Assembly (NCBI GenBank): GCA_046761065.1
Contig: JBHIFL010000022.1
Span: 1-50,980 of the forward strand
Direction: 5' to 3'
DNA: 50,980 nt
Source: Candidatus Heimdallarchaeota archaeon
GTDB lineage: Archaea > Asgardarchaeota > Wukongarchaeia > Wukongarchaeales > JBHIFL01
In this document: one piece after another, positions 1-10,622 of the stretch
Layout of the letters: each line of letters starts with the position of its first letter
Numbering within the stretch: the stretch's first letter is position 1
The notes under the pieces: model-generated
What the model was told of the DNA's origin: nothing
What the model saw: only the letters and a program-made list of their open reading frames with translations
Databases searched by the model: none
Program-made: the position numbers and the translations under genes

Positions 1-130
1 CTTATATATGAAAAAATTTATAGAAAATATGCAAAATGTTTTTATATAATTTTTTATATTAATACAACTCAAATGATAGGGTATGTATAGCCTGTAAAAA
101 TTAGATATTACTGAACAGGAAAATTGGAAA

Positions 131-547
131 ATGCAAAAAAATCAACAAAACAGAAAAAAACCACTCTCGAATCAGAATAATAAAAAAAAAGTGTTTCTAA
201 ATATTTTGCGACTATTTTCATTGTTATTTTTCATTGCAGGATTCATCATAGTAGGGACCTTCGTCTTATTCATACTCATTCTAGGGAAGGCAATAATTTC
301 ATTTATAAACATTGTAACTATTGAAGGGTTTGTTTTGTCAATCTTGGGAGCCCTCTTTTCTCTTGCTGGACCAAGCGCCCTCATGAAACGGATTACCCCT
401 CAAAGTGTTGATATTTTAGTAAAAACGGTAGAGCGAGAGCAGAGAGATGGTACGCGAAGCCAACAAGTTAATCATGCCCTAGTACTTGGATTGCTGGGCT
501 TACTACTTATTGGAATCGCGACGGTTCTTTGGTTGATCCTCTCTTAA
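131..547 (+). CDS. Hypothetical membrane protein (about 3 TM segments)
   Basis: 138-aa ORF with basic N-terminus and long hydrophobic stretches; no recognised family. Confidence 0.6.
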   Translation: MQKNQQNRKKPLSNQNNKKKVFLNILRLFSLLFFIAGFIIVGTFVLFILILGKAIISFINIVTIEGFVLSILGALFSLAGPSALMKRITPQSVDILVKTVEREQRDGTRSQQVNHALVLGLLGLLLIGIATVLWLILS

Positions 548-774
548 TCCTTCCCCACTTCTCTTCAACGGAGGGGTGGGTTGGAACATGGGAAAAGGAA
601 AGGATGAGTTCTGGTGAAGATGAATATTGAGTGAATATGGGAAAGTGAAGATTGGCCAGTTTGAATGTGAAAGGGTTTGCTGATGCGGTTTTTGTTTTTG
701 GGAGGTTTCCATTATTTTCTTTTATCAAGATTATTCTGTACCATAGTGCCCTTAATCTTTGTAAAAAAGAACAA

Positions 775-1278
775 ATGAAAGATATTAGTGAAGATATGAT
801 GATTAAAACAATAAAATCAGACTGGTATTTCATTATTCCAGCGTCAATAACCTTTTTTTCCGCATTAATTATTACATGGTGGGATTTTGTTAAGATTCAA
901 GAGATGTCATACCATACGAATCTGATAAATATTACTGGCTTGCTTCTTTTTGTGATAGGTGTCGCTATCCGTAGAATAGGTAAGAGAACTTTAGGAAAAT
1001 ATTATGCATACGGTCTGAGAACCCTACAAAACCACAAACTTATCACACATGGAGTCTACAAACACGTACGGCACCCTATATCCCTTGCCATGTTTATGTA
1101 TGGAATAGGCATCCCTCTGATTTTTACGAGCTTCTATGGGGTTCTAATTATGCTTATGCTCGTTCCTTTAACCCTTTATAGAATAAGAATCGAGGAAAAG
1201 ATGTTAATCGAAAAGTTTGGAGACAATTATAAAGATTATATGACAAGAACTAAAAAATTAATTCCATTCATCTACTAA
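775..1278 (+). CDS. Isoprenylcysteine carboxyl methyltransferase (ICMT/Ste14) family membrane protein
   Basis: Motifs 'HKLITHGVYKHVRHPIS' and 'RIRIEEKMLIEKFGDNYKDY'; ATG at 775 preferred over the TTG at 652. Confidence 0.85.
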   Translation: MKDISEDMMIKTIKSDWYFIIPASITFFSALIITWWDFVKIQEMSYHTNLINITGLLLFVIGVAIRRIGKRTLGKYYAYGLRTLQNHKLITHGVYKHVRHPISLAMFMYGIGIPLIFTSFYGVLIMLMLVPLTLYRIRIEEKMLIEKFGDNYKDYMTRTKKLIPFIY

Positions 1279-2114
1279 AAATTAATTGAGTGGATAAAAG
1301 CTGTTTGGGCATTGATCTAATGGATTGGCATAGAGAAAGGGTGGGACATCGGTCTGTTGGGTGCATTTTTCTTGTAATTAGAAACATGGAAGGGCAATTA
1401 ATGGCCTTCCACATCATTGGGGTTGGATGGAATTCAGAGAATAATGATTTTGTAGATGCGTATCAACTGAAGGGCGTCTTCTCCAGCTTGATTAGGGTTT
1501 TCTTGACAGAAGCAAAGCAGATCCGTTCTTTTCCGTTCCCATTGTAATTTTCTAGGATCATATGGTTGGCACATATTGGCACAATTCATTCCCTTGTTCA
1601 AAAATCGAATGCTTCAAAAGATTCAGTTTTGAACCACTCTTTAAAGGGATATGATGTGAAAAGATCTCTAACTTGCATTTTGTAAAAAAATGGCAAGGGA
1701 TTCAGTGGTGAAATCTGCTGCTCAACCCAACCCCTGATCCCCTGCCCTCGTATTAAAGTAAGACAAAAATAGATAAAAAATCTTCTGGAATAACCAAATT
1801 ACGGGTTTGGTAGGAGCTTAAGTATGAGTTGAAGCGTCTCTCACGATAAGTTGAGTTCCAATAAATAAAATCCAAGGTTGAGTAGCGACACGTTTCTGTC
1901 ATTTCAGCTTTTGTTTCGCTTTTGGGACCATTTACTATTATAAATATCCTCAGAAAGACCTAAGAAATTCTAAAACCACAAACCGGAAAATCTGGTCTCC
2001 AACTCATTCAGGGCGAGTTTTCTCATCTCTGATATTTACATATTTTTGCGGATATTCCGTCCATAGGTGGCATTTTCGATAATGATGAACCCTTCTTGGT
2101 CGAGGATAGAAAGT

Positions 2115-2681
2115 TTATCCTTGATAATAGAATTGGTTAAGCGCAGCTATTTTCCTCTTTCTGTCATTGAATGTTTCTTTTGATCTGATAGATGTGTTAG
2201 AATTCTTATTTGTGTGATATTGTTTAGGAACTGCTCGTGAGACGTGAATCGGATCCAAGAAGTTGGAAATGTTTTTTGCTATCTCAACTTTTATTTTTTT
2301 CAACCACTCCGGGGCGTTTGGATCTTTTTAAGTCCATGATTGATTAATAGATTCTAGGATGATGCAAATTCTTTCCAAAGGGAGTAATATTCGACTTGGT
2401 TTCGAGATCTTGGTAAACTGACTCGTCCACTACTACAACGACGATAAGCTAATCAGTTCGACTCAGATGTAGACATTATTCTTGCGTCAAGAGTTCACAA
2501 AGTTCAAGACCCAAAGCTACTGTTAAAAAAGTATTAATCGCAGAAAGGAGACTGCTAAAAAGTTCTTCGTTCAATCTAGATCCAATAGTCTAAATTAAGT
2601 ACATAAGTTATTCTCTTCCTAAAACCGTCACCTGTTTCAGTATATTAACTATCAATAACAATTTTGCGTCTCCTCCCCCAT
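2115..2681 (-). pseudogene. Decayed longin/roadblock-like (Asgard-type) gene remnant
   Basis: Minus strand reads 'RLNEELFSSLLSAINTFLTVALGLELCELLTQE*CLHLSRTD*LIVVVVVDE' with in-frame stops at 2476-2478 and 2449-2451; boundaries approximate. Confidence 0.4.
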
Positions 2682-3070
2682 ATTTTGATGGAGTTTAGTC
2701 AAACGCCATGATAGCATCTTAAACCCGAGTAAATCTGATTTTTTGGTCAAGACATTAGCAGAAAAATTTTACAGTTGTATCGTTGTTTCGTGGCAAAGTG
2801 AATTGTGGCAAATGCATTTAGCACGCTTATATTAGACTTGGCACGTCATATTATTTAAATGTCTAAAAAATATACGAGCTAATTGGTAACTGAATCGTCT
2901 TAGTAGTCCAAATTATAATACGGGGCTTCACAGTAGCTCATGCTGAATTTATATACCTGAACTATTGAGCCTATCTCAAGGTTCGCTTTGGAGGCGATTC
3001 AAACCTCTTTGGGCCCTCTGTTTAATATTAAGTTTACTTCATCTAAATATGTAAAATCGGAAGGATAAGA

Positions 3071-4444
3071 ATGAATGAAATTGGCCAAAAAAGGGTGGCT
3101 TTACTTATAGCGACGCTAGGATCGTTCCTGACACCCTTTATGGGATCAGCAGTCAATATTGCGCTGCCCTCAATTGGGAATGAATTTGCAATGGACGCGG
3201 TTTTATTAAGTTGGGTCAATACCTCCTATCTTTTAGCGGCAGCAATGTTTCTTGTGCCTTTTGGAAGACTTGCAGATTTATATGGACGTAAAAGGCTTTT
3301 TACCTACGGAGTGTTGAGTTATACAGGGTCATCTCTTCTTGCAGCCATTTCAAGCTCTGCAATGGGATTTATTGCCTCCCGAATTTGGCAAGGAATCGGT
3401 GGAGCACTGATCTTTGGGACGGGCGTAGCAATTTTAACGTCCGTATTTCCTGTGGGGGAGCGGGGAAAAGTGTTGGGGATAAATACAGCATCAGTTTATT
3501 CTGGACTTTCTCTGGGCCCGTTTATAGGCGGCTTTCTAACGCAGCATTTTGGTTGGAAGAGCATTTTTCTTACTAGTGTTCCCTTAGGCTTAGGAATCAT
3601 AGTATTAATTTTCTGGAGATTGAAGGGTGAGTGGGCCGAGGCAAAGGGTGAGGAATTCGATTTAGGTGGGTCTATAATTTACGGGTTCATGCTTATAGGG
3701 ATAATGTATGGGTTTTCACTGTTACCTGCCATGTTGGGGATCTGGATTTTACTAGGAGGAGTCGTAGGACTTTTCGCATTTATAATTTGGGAAATGAGGG
3801 TAGAAAGCCCTATTTTGGAAATAACGCTCTTCAGAATGAACAGGGCTTTTTCATTCTCAAACCTAGCCGCATTGATTAATTATAGCGCGACTTTTGCCAT
3901 CAGTTTTCTATTAAGCTTGTATTTGCAATATATAAAAGGGTTGAATCCTCAAAATGCAGGTTTGATTTTAATAGTCCAACCGGTGATCCAGGCTATGTTT
4001 TCCCCGTTTGCCGGTCGACTTTCTGATAGAATTGAGCCCCAACGAGTTGCTTCGTTAGGAATGGCTTTAATCGTTGTAGGGCTTGCTTTGTTCACACAAT
4101 TAAATGAGACAACAACGTTGGAGTTTCTCATAGTGGGTTTAATCCTCCTCGGTTTAGGATTTGCCCTGTTTGCTTCGCCCAATACGAATGCAGTGATGAG
4201 TTCTGTTGAAAAAAGGTTTTATGGGGTGGCCTCGGGCATTCTAGGAACCATGCGTTTAACAGGCCAGATGCTAAGCATGGGAATTGCCATGCTGCTTTTT
4301 GCGATATACCTGGGTCGGGTTCAAATAACCCCCGAATTCTATCCACTGTTTTTGAAGAGCATGCATACTGCCCTCATTATTTTTGCAACCCTTTGTTTTG
4401 GTGGTATATTTGCATCACTAGCACGAGGTAAAGTACGAGAATAG
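3071..4444 (+). CDS. MFS transporter, DHA2 (EmrB/QacA-like) drug efflux family
   Basis: Many TM helices; motif A 'GRLADLYGRKR'; 'VNIALPSI'; 'GPFIGGFL'. Confidence 0.92.
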   Translation: MNEIGQKRVALLIATLGSFLTPFMGSAVNIALPSIGNEFAMDAVLLSWVNTSYLLAAAMFLVPFGRLADLYGRKRLFTYGVLSYTGSSLLAAISSSAMGFIASRIWQGIGGALIFGTGVAILTSVFPVGERGKVLGINTASVYSGLSLGPFIGGFLTQHFGWKSIFLTSVPLGLGIIVLIFWRLKGEWAEAKGEEFDLGGSIIYGFMLIGIMYGFSLLPAMLGIWILLGGVVGLFAFIIWEMRVESPILEITLFRMNRAFSFSNLAALINYSATFAISFLLSLYLQYIKGLNPQNAGLILIVQPVIQAMFSPFAGRLSDRIEPQRVASLGMALIVVGLALFTQLNETTTLEFLIVGLILLGLGFALFASPNTNAVMSSVEKRFYGVASGILGTMRLTGQMLSMGIAMLLFAIYLGRVQITPEFYPLFLKSMHTALIIFATLCFGGIFASLARGKVRE

Positions 4445-4605
4445 CTAAGAGTTTAGTCCGTTCTTGTACTCTCCCGATCAAATGATAGATAAAAAAGTGA
4501 AAGCTTCTGCTTTCAAATGAGCTCTCCAAAGTGAATCTCATCGATATATAATCAGATGATATTGAACTCTATTAATTGAGGTTTTTTTGATTGGAGCGAC
4601 AAAAT

Positions 4606-5979
4606 ATGAATAAGGGTAGTGATAAAGGAGCAGTATTCTTGGTTACAATACTGTCTTCGTTTGTTACTCCCTTTATAGAGTCTTCGGTTAGTATTGCGCT
4701 GCCTTCAATTGGATATGAATTTGTACTAGACATAGTTATATTAAATTGGGTCGCTACATCCTATTTTTTAGCTGCAGCAATATTTCTTGTGCCCTTTGGA
4801 AGGCTAGCAGATATTTATGGGAGGAAGAAATATTTTACCTACGGTGTTTCCTGTTATACGGGGGCATCTCTTCTTGCGGTGTTGTCTGGCTCTGCGCTCG
4901 TACTTATTGGGGCCCGATTTCTGCAAGGAATTGGTGCAGCAATGATTTTTGGGACAAACATAGCGATTTTAACATCTGTCTTTCCTCCTGGGGAGCGGGG
5001 AAAAGTGTTGGGGATAATTATAACGACTGTATTTTTAGGGCAACTATCGGGCCCCTATTTAGGTGGCTTTCTAACACAACAGTTTGGCTGGAGAAGTATT
5101 TTTCTTTTCAATGTGCCTTTGGGTTTAATAATGATTATAGTAATTTTCTGGAAACTGAAGGGTGAGTGGGCCGAGGCAAAGGGAGAGAAATTCGATTTAG
5201 TAGGATCCGTTATCTATGGGCTCATGCTTCTAGGAGTGATGTATGGATTTTCTCAATTACCTGAGATTAGGGGTGTATGGTTCATTCTAATGGGGATTAT
5301 AGGACTTTATATATTCGTTAAATGGGAAATAAAGGTGGAATGTCCTGTTTTAGAGATAACACTTTTCAGAAAAAACAGAGTTTTTGCATTCTCTAACCTA
5401 GCTGCGTTGATTTATTTCAGTGCAACTTATGCAACGACTTTCCTATTGAGCCTATATTTGCAATATATCAAAGAACTGAGCCCTCAAAATGCTGGCTTGG
5501 TTTTAGTGGCCCAACCTATGGTCCAAGCTACTTTTTCCCCGATTGCTGGCTGGCTTTCCGATAGAATTGAGCCTCAAAGAATTGTGGCCTGTGGAATGAC
5601 ATTGACAGTTGTAGGACTCTCCCTATTCATGTGGTTAAACAAAAAAACACCTATTGAGTTAATTATCACTGGCTTAGCTATCCTTGGTCTTGGCGCCGCT
5701 TTATTTTCCCCACCCAATTTTAATGTGGTAATGGGTTCGGTTGAAAAGGAGGTTTACGGAGTCGCTTCAGGGACACGTGGAACCATGCGTCTGTTAGGGC
5801 AGATGCTCAGTATGGGAATTACTATATTGTTATTTACTTTATACCTCGGACGGGTTCAAATCACCCCAGAATTATATCCGTTGTTTTTGAGGAGTGTGCG
5901 CGCACTGTTCATCATTTTTGCTGGCCTTTGTTTTTGGGGCGGCATATTTGCATCGTTTACAAGAAGTAAGGTACACTGA
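4606..5979 (+). CDS. MFS transporter, DHA2 family; tandem paralogue of 3071-4444
   Basis: 'GRLADIYGRKK'; shares blocks such as 'LKGEWAEAKGE' and 'GRVQITPE' with the upstream gene. Confidence 0.92.
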   Translation: MNKGSDKGAVFLVTILSSFVTPFIESSVSIALPSIGYEFVLDIVILNWVATSYFLAAAIFLVPFGRLADIYGRKKYFTYGVSCYTGASLLAVLSGSALVLIGARFLQGIGAAMIFGTNIAILTSVFPPGERGKVLGIIITTVFLGQLSGPYLGGFLTQQFGWRSIFLFNVPLGLIMIIVIFWKLKGEWAEAKGEKFDLVGSVIYGLMLLGVMYGFSQLPEIRGVWFILMGIIGLYIFVKWEIKVECPVLEITLFRKNRVFAFSNLAALIYFSATYATTFLLSLYLQYIKELSPQNAGLVLVAQPMVQATFSPIAGWLSDRIEPQRIVACGMTLTVVGLSLFMWLNKKTPIELIITGLAILGLGAALFSPPNFNVVMGSVEKEVYGVASGTRGTMRLLGQMLSMGITILLFTLYLGRVQITPELYPLFLRSVRALFIIFAGLCFWGGIFASFTRSKVH

Positions 5980-6169
5980 ATGGTCGGACTGCTTTAGAAT
6001 GTACGATAATAATTTGATGTTCGATAAAATAATAGAGCGTTCTAAGATCTTCTACGAGCAAGTAATTGCTTGTTATTCAGTCGAGTGAAGCAAATATGAT
6101 CAATGATGCTTCAAAGGGATTTTGCAGTGCTCCAAGACCTTATAACGGTTGTATTCCCACTTTTTTATT

Positions 6170-6811
6170 ATGGAGACAAAAGCAGTGATCTTTGACTTAG
6201 ATGGGGTGATTATAGATTCCTTTGTCGTGATACCAGAAATTTACAAGATCATAAAGAAGGAGCTGAATCTAGCGGTACCGGAACAGGTCTTTGAATCTGG
6301 AAATTTCTTTAAGGTGGATTGGAAAAAGCATCTGAAGCGGCTGGGTATCACCTCCCCCCAAGAGATAAAAAAGGTTGTGGAGATCTACTATAGGGAGTAC
6401 GCAAGGCTTGAACACCTCATCAACCCTTTTCCTGACATTAAAAACGTTCTAGAGGAACTTTCAACGCATTTTAAGCTTGCAATCGTCTCAAATAGTCATC
6501 TTGAGAAGATTGAATCCATGCTAAAAAAATTTAGACTACTTAATTACTTTGATTGTGTTATTGGTGCTGATCAAGGCACTCTGAAACCTGACCCAACGCA
6601 ATTTTTCCTTTGTTTAGATTGCTTAAAAGTAAAACCTGAATCGGCCGTTTATATTGGAGATATGGAAGATGATGTGCTTGCAGCCCGCAATGCCCAACTC
6701 AAGAAAGTAATTGTCGTAACCTATGGCTTTCACTCTGAAGATAGACTGATGAGGGCCAAACCGGATCTGATTATTTCCAAACCGGAAGAAATAGTCGATG
6801 CAATTATGTGA
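6170..6811 (+). CDS. HAD-superfamily hydrolase (phosphoglycolate phosphatase-like)
   Basis: Motif I 'IFDLDGVIIDS', 'IVSN', 'KPDP', 'IGDMEDD'. Confidence 0.9.
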   Translation: METKAVIFDLDGVIIDSFVVIPEIYKIIKKELNLAVPEQVFESGNFFKVDWKKHLKRLGITSPQEIKKVVEIYYREYARLEHLINPFPDIKNVLEELSTHFKLAIVSNSHLEKIESMLKKFRLLNYFDCVIGADQGTLKPDPTQFFLCLDCLKVKPESAVYIGDMEDDVLAARNAQLKKVIVVTYGFHSEDRLMRAKPDLIISKPEEIVDAIM

Positions 6812-6909
6812 ATCAATTAAAGACCACGATTAAGATACTGGAAAGAGGGCAAACAGTTACCACTTCTTCTTTATCTTGTTTTATGTGTGATTTATAGGAC
6901 TTATTAGAT

Positions 6910-7863
6910 TTACTCGTTATTCGATCGCACTCGAAAGAGTTGAACAAGTAAAGCAGAAATAAATATCAAGAAGATTCCAAGCCAATCGAGGAAAGTTGGG
7001 AGTTCTCCCAAGAAGACCAAAGCCAATATAGTTATTTGAGGCAGCATCGTGCTGTTAATGATTGTTATTTCAATCGCGTGTAATCGTTGCATGGCCTTAT
7101 TCCAGAGCGTAAAGGCGACTGCAGTGTTAAGAATACTTAGCCATAAGACATAGAACAATCCTAAGCGGGTCAGGGATGGCAAACCATCCCAAATGAGACC
7201 AGAGCCAAGTAAAGCAAGTGAACCAATGCCCATACTTATGGTGGTTACAAGTGATGGAGCAAGCTCCTGCGGTTTATTGATCGCCCTTCCAAGAATGGAA
7301 GACAACGCATTAGCGATAACTCCAAGAAAAACAATAAGAATGCCAAGGCCGCTACTTTCAGAAAGGGTTAGGGGGTAAAAATAGACGTATACCCCTAACA
7401 TCGCTACTCCTATAAGGAAGAGTTGTTTTTTGTTTGGGATTTCTCGTAAAAAGTGAATGGCAAAAATAACCACGAAAACAGTCGTGAGGTTCAAAAGAAG
7501 ACTTACGGTGATCGCTGGTAACAAAGCCAAGCCAATAAATTGAACACCTTGGGTCACTGCATAAAACAGGATTCCATATGTCACCAAGCGTTTCCACCAT
7601 GTTATTGATAGACCTTTCAAAGCCCTTCTCTGGTCGGGAGTCACCAGGATGACGCTTAATAGCATCAAAGAAGCGATAGAATATCGAAGTCCAGCAAAAA
7701 TCATGGGAGGAATCTCTCGTAACCCATATTTGATAATAACCCAAGATGATGACCACAACACTGTAACTAAAAGGGCTTGAACGACTGCGAGCCAATGGGA
7801 TTTGTCAATTCTCTTTAAAGCTGTCCGCAACCCCTTAAACTGAGAGAATTCTGATCTAGCCAT
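6910..7863 (-). CDS. DMT/EamA family transporter
   Basis: About 10 TM helices; 'LWSSSWVIIK', 'AFTLWNKA', 'FLGE'. Confidence 0.88.
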   Translation of the reverse strand: MARSEFSQFKGLRTALKRIDKSHWLAVVQALLVTVLWSSSWVIIKYGLREIPPMIFAGLRYSIASLMLLSVILVTPDQRRALKGLSITWWKRLVTYGILFYAVTQGVQFIGLALLPAITVSLLLNLTTVFVVIFAIHFLREIPNKKQLFLIGVAMLGVYVYFYPLTLSESSGLGILIVFLGVIANALSSILGRAINKPQELAPSLVTTISMGIGSLALLGSGLIWDGLPSLTRLGLFYVLWLSILNTAVAFTLWNKAMQRLHAIEITIINSTMLPQITILALVFLGELPTFLDWLGIFLIFISALLVQLFRVRSNNE

Positions 7864-8104
7864 TTACTTACAGGTGTCTTGGACGCATTATAAGCAAATC
7901 GCTATTGCTAACAATAAGAGATGATCCAAGAAGACGCCGTGAAAAGCCTACAGAGAACCACACTTAAGTGATCTTACAAGATTTGTGATTATTAGATGTT
8001 TAATCCCTAAAAAAAGGAAAAGATAGAAGAAAAACCCCTATGGTGAAGATTTAGAATCAACAAGGACTTGTGCTCAAAGAGATATTGCTTTAGTTGCTCC
8101 TTAG

Positions 8105-9736
8105 CAGATTTTCCAAAAATTCAAAGGCATCTTTAAACCCGGAAATGCACCAACCCCGTTAAGGGCCGCTTGGGCATATGGGAGGCATTCCATAGGGCTA
8201 CAATTTGCTGAAGATACACCGTCCCAAGCACCCAAGCATGAGCCGCTGCAAGTCCCCGCTGGCGGGGGGTTTCTAGGTCTAACTGGACCGTTAGATGCCC
8301 AATAGCCCGTTCTACAGCGAGTCGCTCGATCCGAAAGAGGTCTTTCCCGGACTTGCCCCGTTGGTACGGCCGAGTGAACAGGATTTGCCATACTGTGGCA
8401 AAACCGCGCCGTAACGTCCGCAGACGCGCCTCACCTTGAAAGCCACTGTCAAAGAGGGCGAGTAGGGGCTTGACTTTGCCCTGCAGTAAGCGGGTCACCT
8501 GTTGCCCAAAGCGTTGCAGCTCTTCCGCCAGCGGTTGCCCCGCCGTCGTGACGGTGGCCCAGAGGGGGATCTGGGACCACGTGTCCACTAGGATCCGCCC
8601 CATCCGCCCAAAGAAGTAGCGCCCCTTGCTGGCCTGGTAATGGAGGGCGGTCCCGGGATCCTTGGCTCCATGGGCGTTGCCCATCAGCCCATACAATTGG
8701 TCCAGCTCCTGGGGCCGCCCCCAGGAAGGTAGCCGCTTCTGAATGGTAGGGATGCGAAGCAGCTGCTGGCAGAGCTGCGTCAACACCACGGCCGCCCTCT
8801 CCATGGCGGTTAACTGCTGGAGATACTTCGAAAAGGTGCCTGCTTGGACCGCCCGGCGTTCTAGCTGTAACCACTGGGATAACCCCAGGTGGTCCTTGAG
8901 AAATCGGTTGAACGTAGCTTGGGAGGGGAATCCCCACAGGAGATAAAATAGATAGAATTTGAGGTAATCGGCCCAGCCCCGGTGCTTGTTAGGCCGTGTA
9001 CCAACGGCGGCATCTACCCAATCGAGGGGAGGCAGGGCCTGAAACACGGCATGGACGTCAGCCTCCTGCGGGGTGGGAAAATCTATAGATTTACTGAGGT
9101 TAAGGGAGCTTTCCAGGGCAAAATCGTCCCCAGCCAGCACCAGCCCCTTGAGCAGGCGTTTATCCAGCAGTTCGGCCACATTCCGGGCGAGGAGCCGTTC
9201 CAGGTAGGTGGAGAGCTCGTCCTTCACGAAGGTGTTGTAGGTGGTCTTTTTGAGGCCCGTGGGGGGCACTTCAAAGAATTGGCATAAGGAGGCGTCTTGA
9301 GCCAGTAGGGCGAGCGCAAAGGTGGGGGGTTTCCGAAGCACCAGGCGATTCCAGACCCAGATGAGGAAAAAAGGCTTGCGTGGGAGGCGAGGGCGGCCCA
9401 CGGGGCGAGGGGAGGGTGGATCCTCCGGGAAGAGCTGCTCAAACGTGTGCCGCGCTTGATTGAGGAGGGAGCGGACATGTGGGGGGAGATACACCTGAAA
9501 CAGGGCCGAACTAGGGGAAAAAAGCAGAGTCTCGCTCCTGCGTACAGCGAAAAGCATATTAAACAGAAGAGTCAAGCCGAGATGGAGGAGGATGGTCTCT
9601 AAAGTGAGTTTAGTCATAATTGCTTGGGAGTCGTTCTCCTCATTAAAATATTCCTGTCCGGGCGACAAAAACCAGAGGTCAAAGCAAGAAGGGATGTGGA
9701 AAGGTTAGAGCCCGCAAAAAATTTTTGAAAAGTCTG
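8105..9736 (-). mobile_element. Complete insertion sequence (DDE, IS4/IS5/IS701-like superfamily), 1632 bp
   Basis: 17-bp terminal inverted repeats CAGATTTTCCAAAAATT / CAGACTTTTCAAAAATT (15/17 match); 4-bp direct repeat TTAG at 8101-8104 and 9737-9740; visibly GC-richer than the flanks. Confidence 0.9.
8133..9668 (-). CDS. DDE transposase with an internally duplicated HTH-like domain
   Basis: 'VGRPR', putative catalytic 'LAGDD', 'LFDSGF', 'RLAVERAIGHL'; 'GRYFFG'; ATG at 9617 is an alternative start. Confidence 0.8.
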   Translation of the reverse strand: MSPGQEYFNEENDSQAIMTKLTLETILLHLGLTLLFNMLFAVRRSETLLFSPSSALFQVYLPPHVRSLLNQARHTFEQLFPEDPPSPRPVGRPRLPRKPFFLIWVWNRLVLRKPPTFALALLAQDASLCQFFEVPPTGLKKTTYNTFVKDELSTYLERLLARNVAELLDKRLLKGLVLAGDDFALESSLNLSKSIDFPTPQEADVHAVFQALPPLDWVDAAVGTRPNKHRGWADYLKFYLFYLLWGFPSQATFNRFLKDHLGLSQWLQLERRAVQAGTFSKYLQQLTAMERAAVVLTQLCQQLLRIPTIQKRLPSWGRPQELDQLYGLMGNAHGAKDPGTALHYQASKGRYFFGRMGRILVDTWSQIPLWATVTTAGQPLAEELQRFGQQVTRLLQGKVKPLLALFDSGFQGEARLRTLRRGFATVWQILFTRPYQRGKSGKDLFRIERLAVERAIGHLTVQLDLETPRQRGLAAAHAWVLGTVYLQQIVALWNASHMPKRPLTGLVHFRV

Positions 9737-9824
9737 TTAGGTGATTAATAGACAATGCATGAAATGTCTCGAGTCCTGATTACTAGTATTGCATTAAGGT
9801 TATCATGGTAATAATTTTCCTGGT

Positions 9825-10610
9825 CTAAAAGGCTAATTCCCTTTTTTGGAAGATATAAAGGGCTGCTAGTAATGCTAGTAGTCCAACTCCAGCTACAAGG
9901 AAGAATTCATCCCATGGGAGTTGTCCTAGGTTGGTTATCGTTTTAGCATTTAAGTAGCTGAAGAGGGATAGCTTCTTCAAAATTTCATATGACTCTTGTA
10001 ATTGACCAATACTCTTGAAGAGGTATTGGGATATTATAATAGCGCCAGAGGCAGTTACTGCTTTATCCAAGAAAATTGTGCCACAAAGTAACGAAATTGC
10101 ACCTAAAGCGAAGAATAGGAGCCAGACTCCTAGGAGGGAGTAAATAAGGTTCGTATAATTCATTGGTTCATTCAATGAATTTGTATAATAATACGTAACA
10201 AGTAACAGGATAATGGGATAGAGGAAATTGTAGCTCAGATACACACTAAATTTCTCAAGTATATAACGCCAGCGAGAGATTGGGTAGCTCAACATAACAT
10301 CGAGGGTATTCTTAGTTACTTCATTACTAATCATTCGAGCAGGAACAAATATAGTAATGAACATTATAATCCACTCCAACCAGATAAAAATGTACATGTT
10401 ATAAAAGCCAACCCAAGTACTCATGTCCACTAGATCACCAAGCATCGCTTTATATATTGGATTATCTAAGAATTCGGCCCAAACTTCTGCTTGAGCTTTC
10501 ATGTCTGGCCATATCGAAGCAATTAGCGGAATTAATATCGCAACTAGAAGAGGGGGAGCGATACCCATTAACCATTGTTTCCGCAAACCTTTCAGATAGA
10601 CATTCAGCAT
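9825..10610 (-). CDS. ABC-2 type exporter permease
   Basis: 'ISNEVTKNTLDVMLSYPISR', about 6 TM helices, C-terminal 'FQKREL'. Confidence 0.88.
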   Translation of the reverse strand: MLNVYLKGLRKQWLMGIAPPLLVAILIPLIASIWPDMKAQAEVWAEFLDNPIYKAMLGDLVDMSTWVGFYNMYIFIWLEWIIMFITIFVPARMISNEVTKNTLDVMLSYPISRWRYILEKFSVYLSYNFLYPIILLLVTYYYTNSLNEPMNYTNLIYSLLGVWLLFFALGAISLLCGTIFLDKAVTASGAIIISQYLFKSIGQLQESYEILKKLSLFSYLNAKTITNLGQLPWDEFFLVAGVGLLALLAALYIFQKRELAF

Positions 10611-10622
10611 GGTATTACCCTC

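Noticed and set aside
548-606. Hairpin resembling an IS200/IS605 end
   Set aside because: Single imperfect stem-loop with no tnpA or tnpB nearby; could be a terminator or chance
1290-1700. Possible zinc-ribbon transposase relic on the minus strand ('PICANHMILENYNGNGKERIC')
   Set aside because: Too degraded; no TIRs or catalytic motifs could be supported
8449-9478. Overlapping ORFs within the transposase, and similar antisense ORFs over fbp, ABCE1 and merA
   Set aside because: Shadow frames of real genes with no motifs
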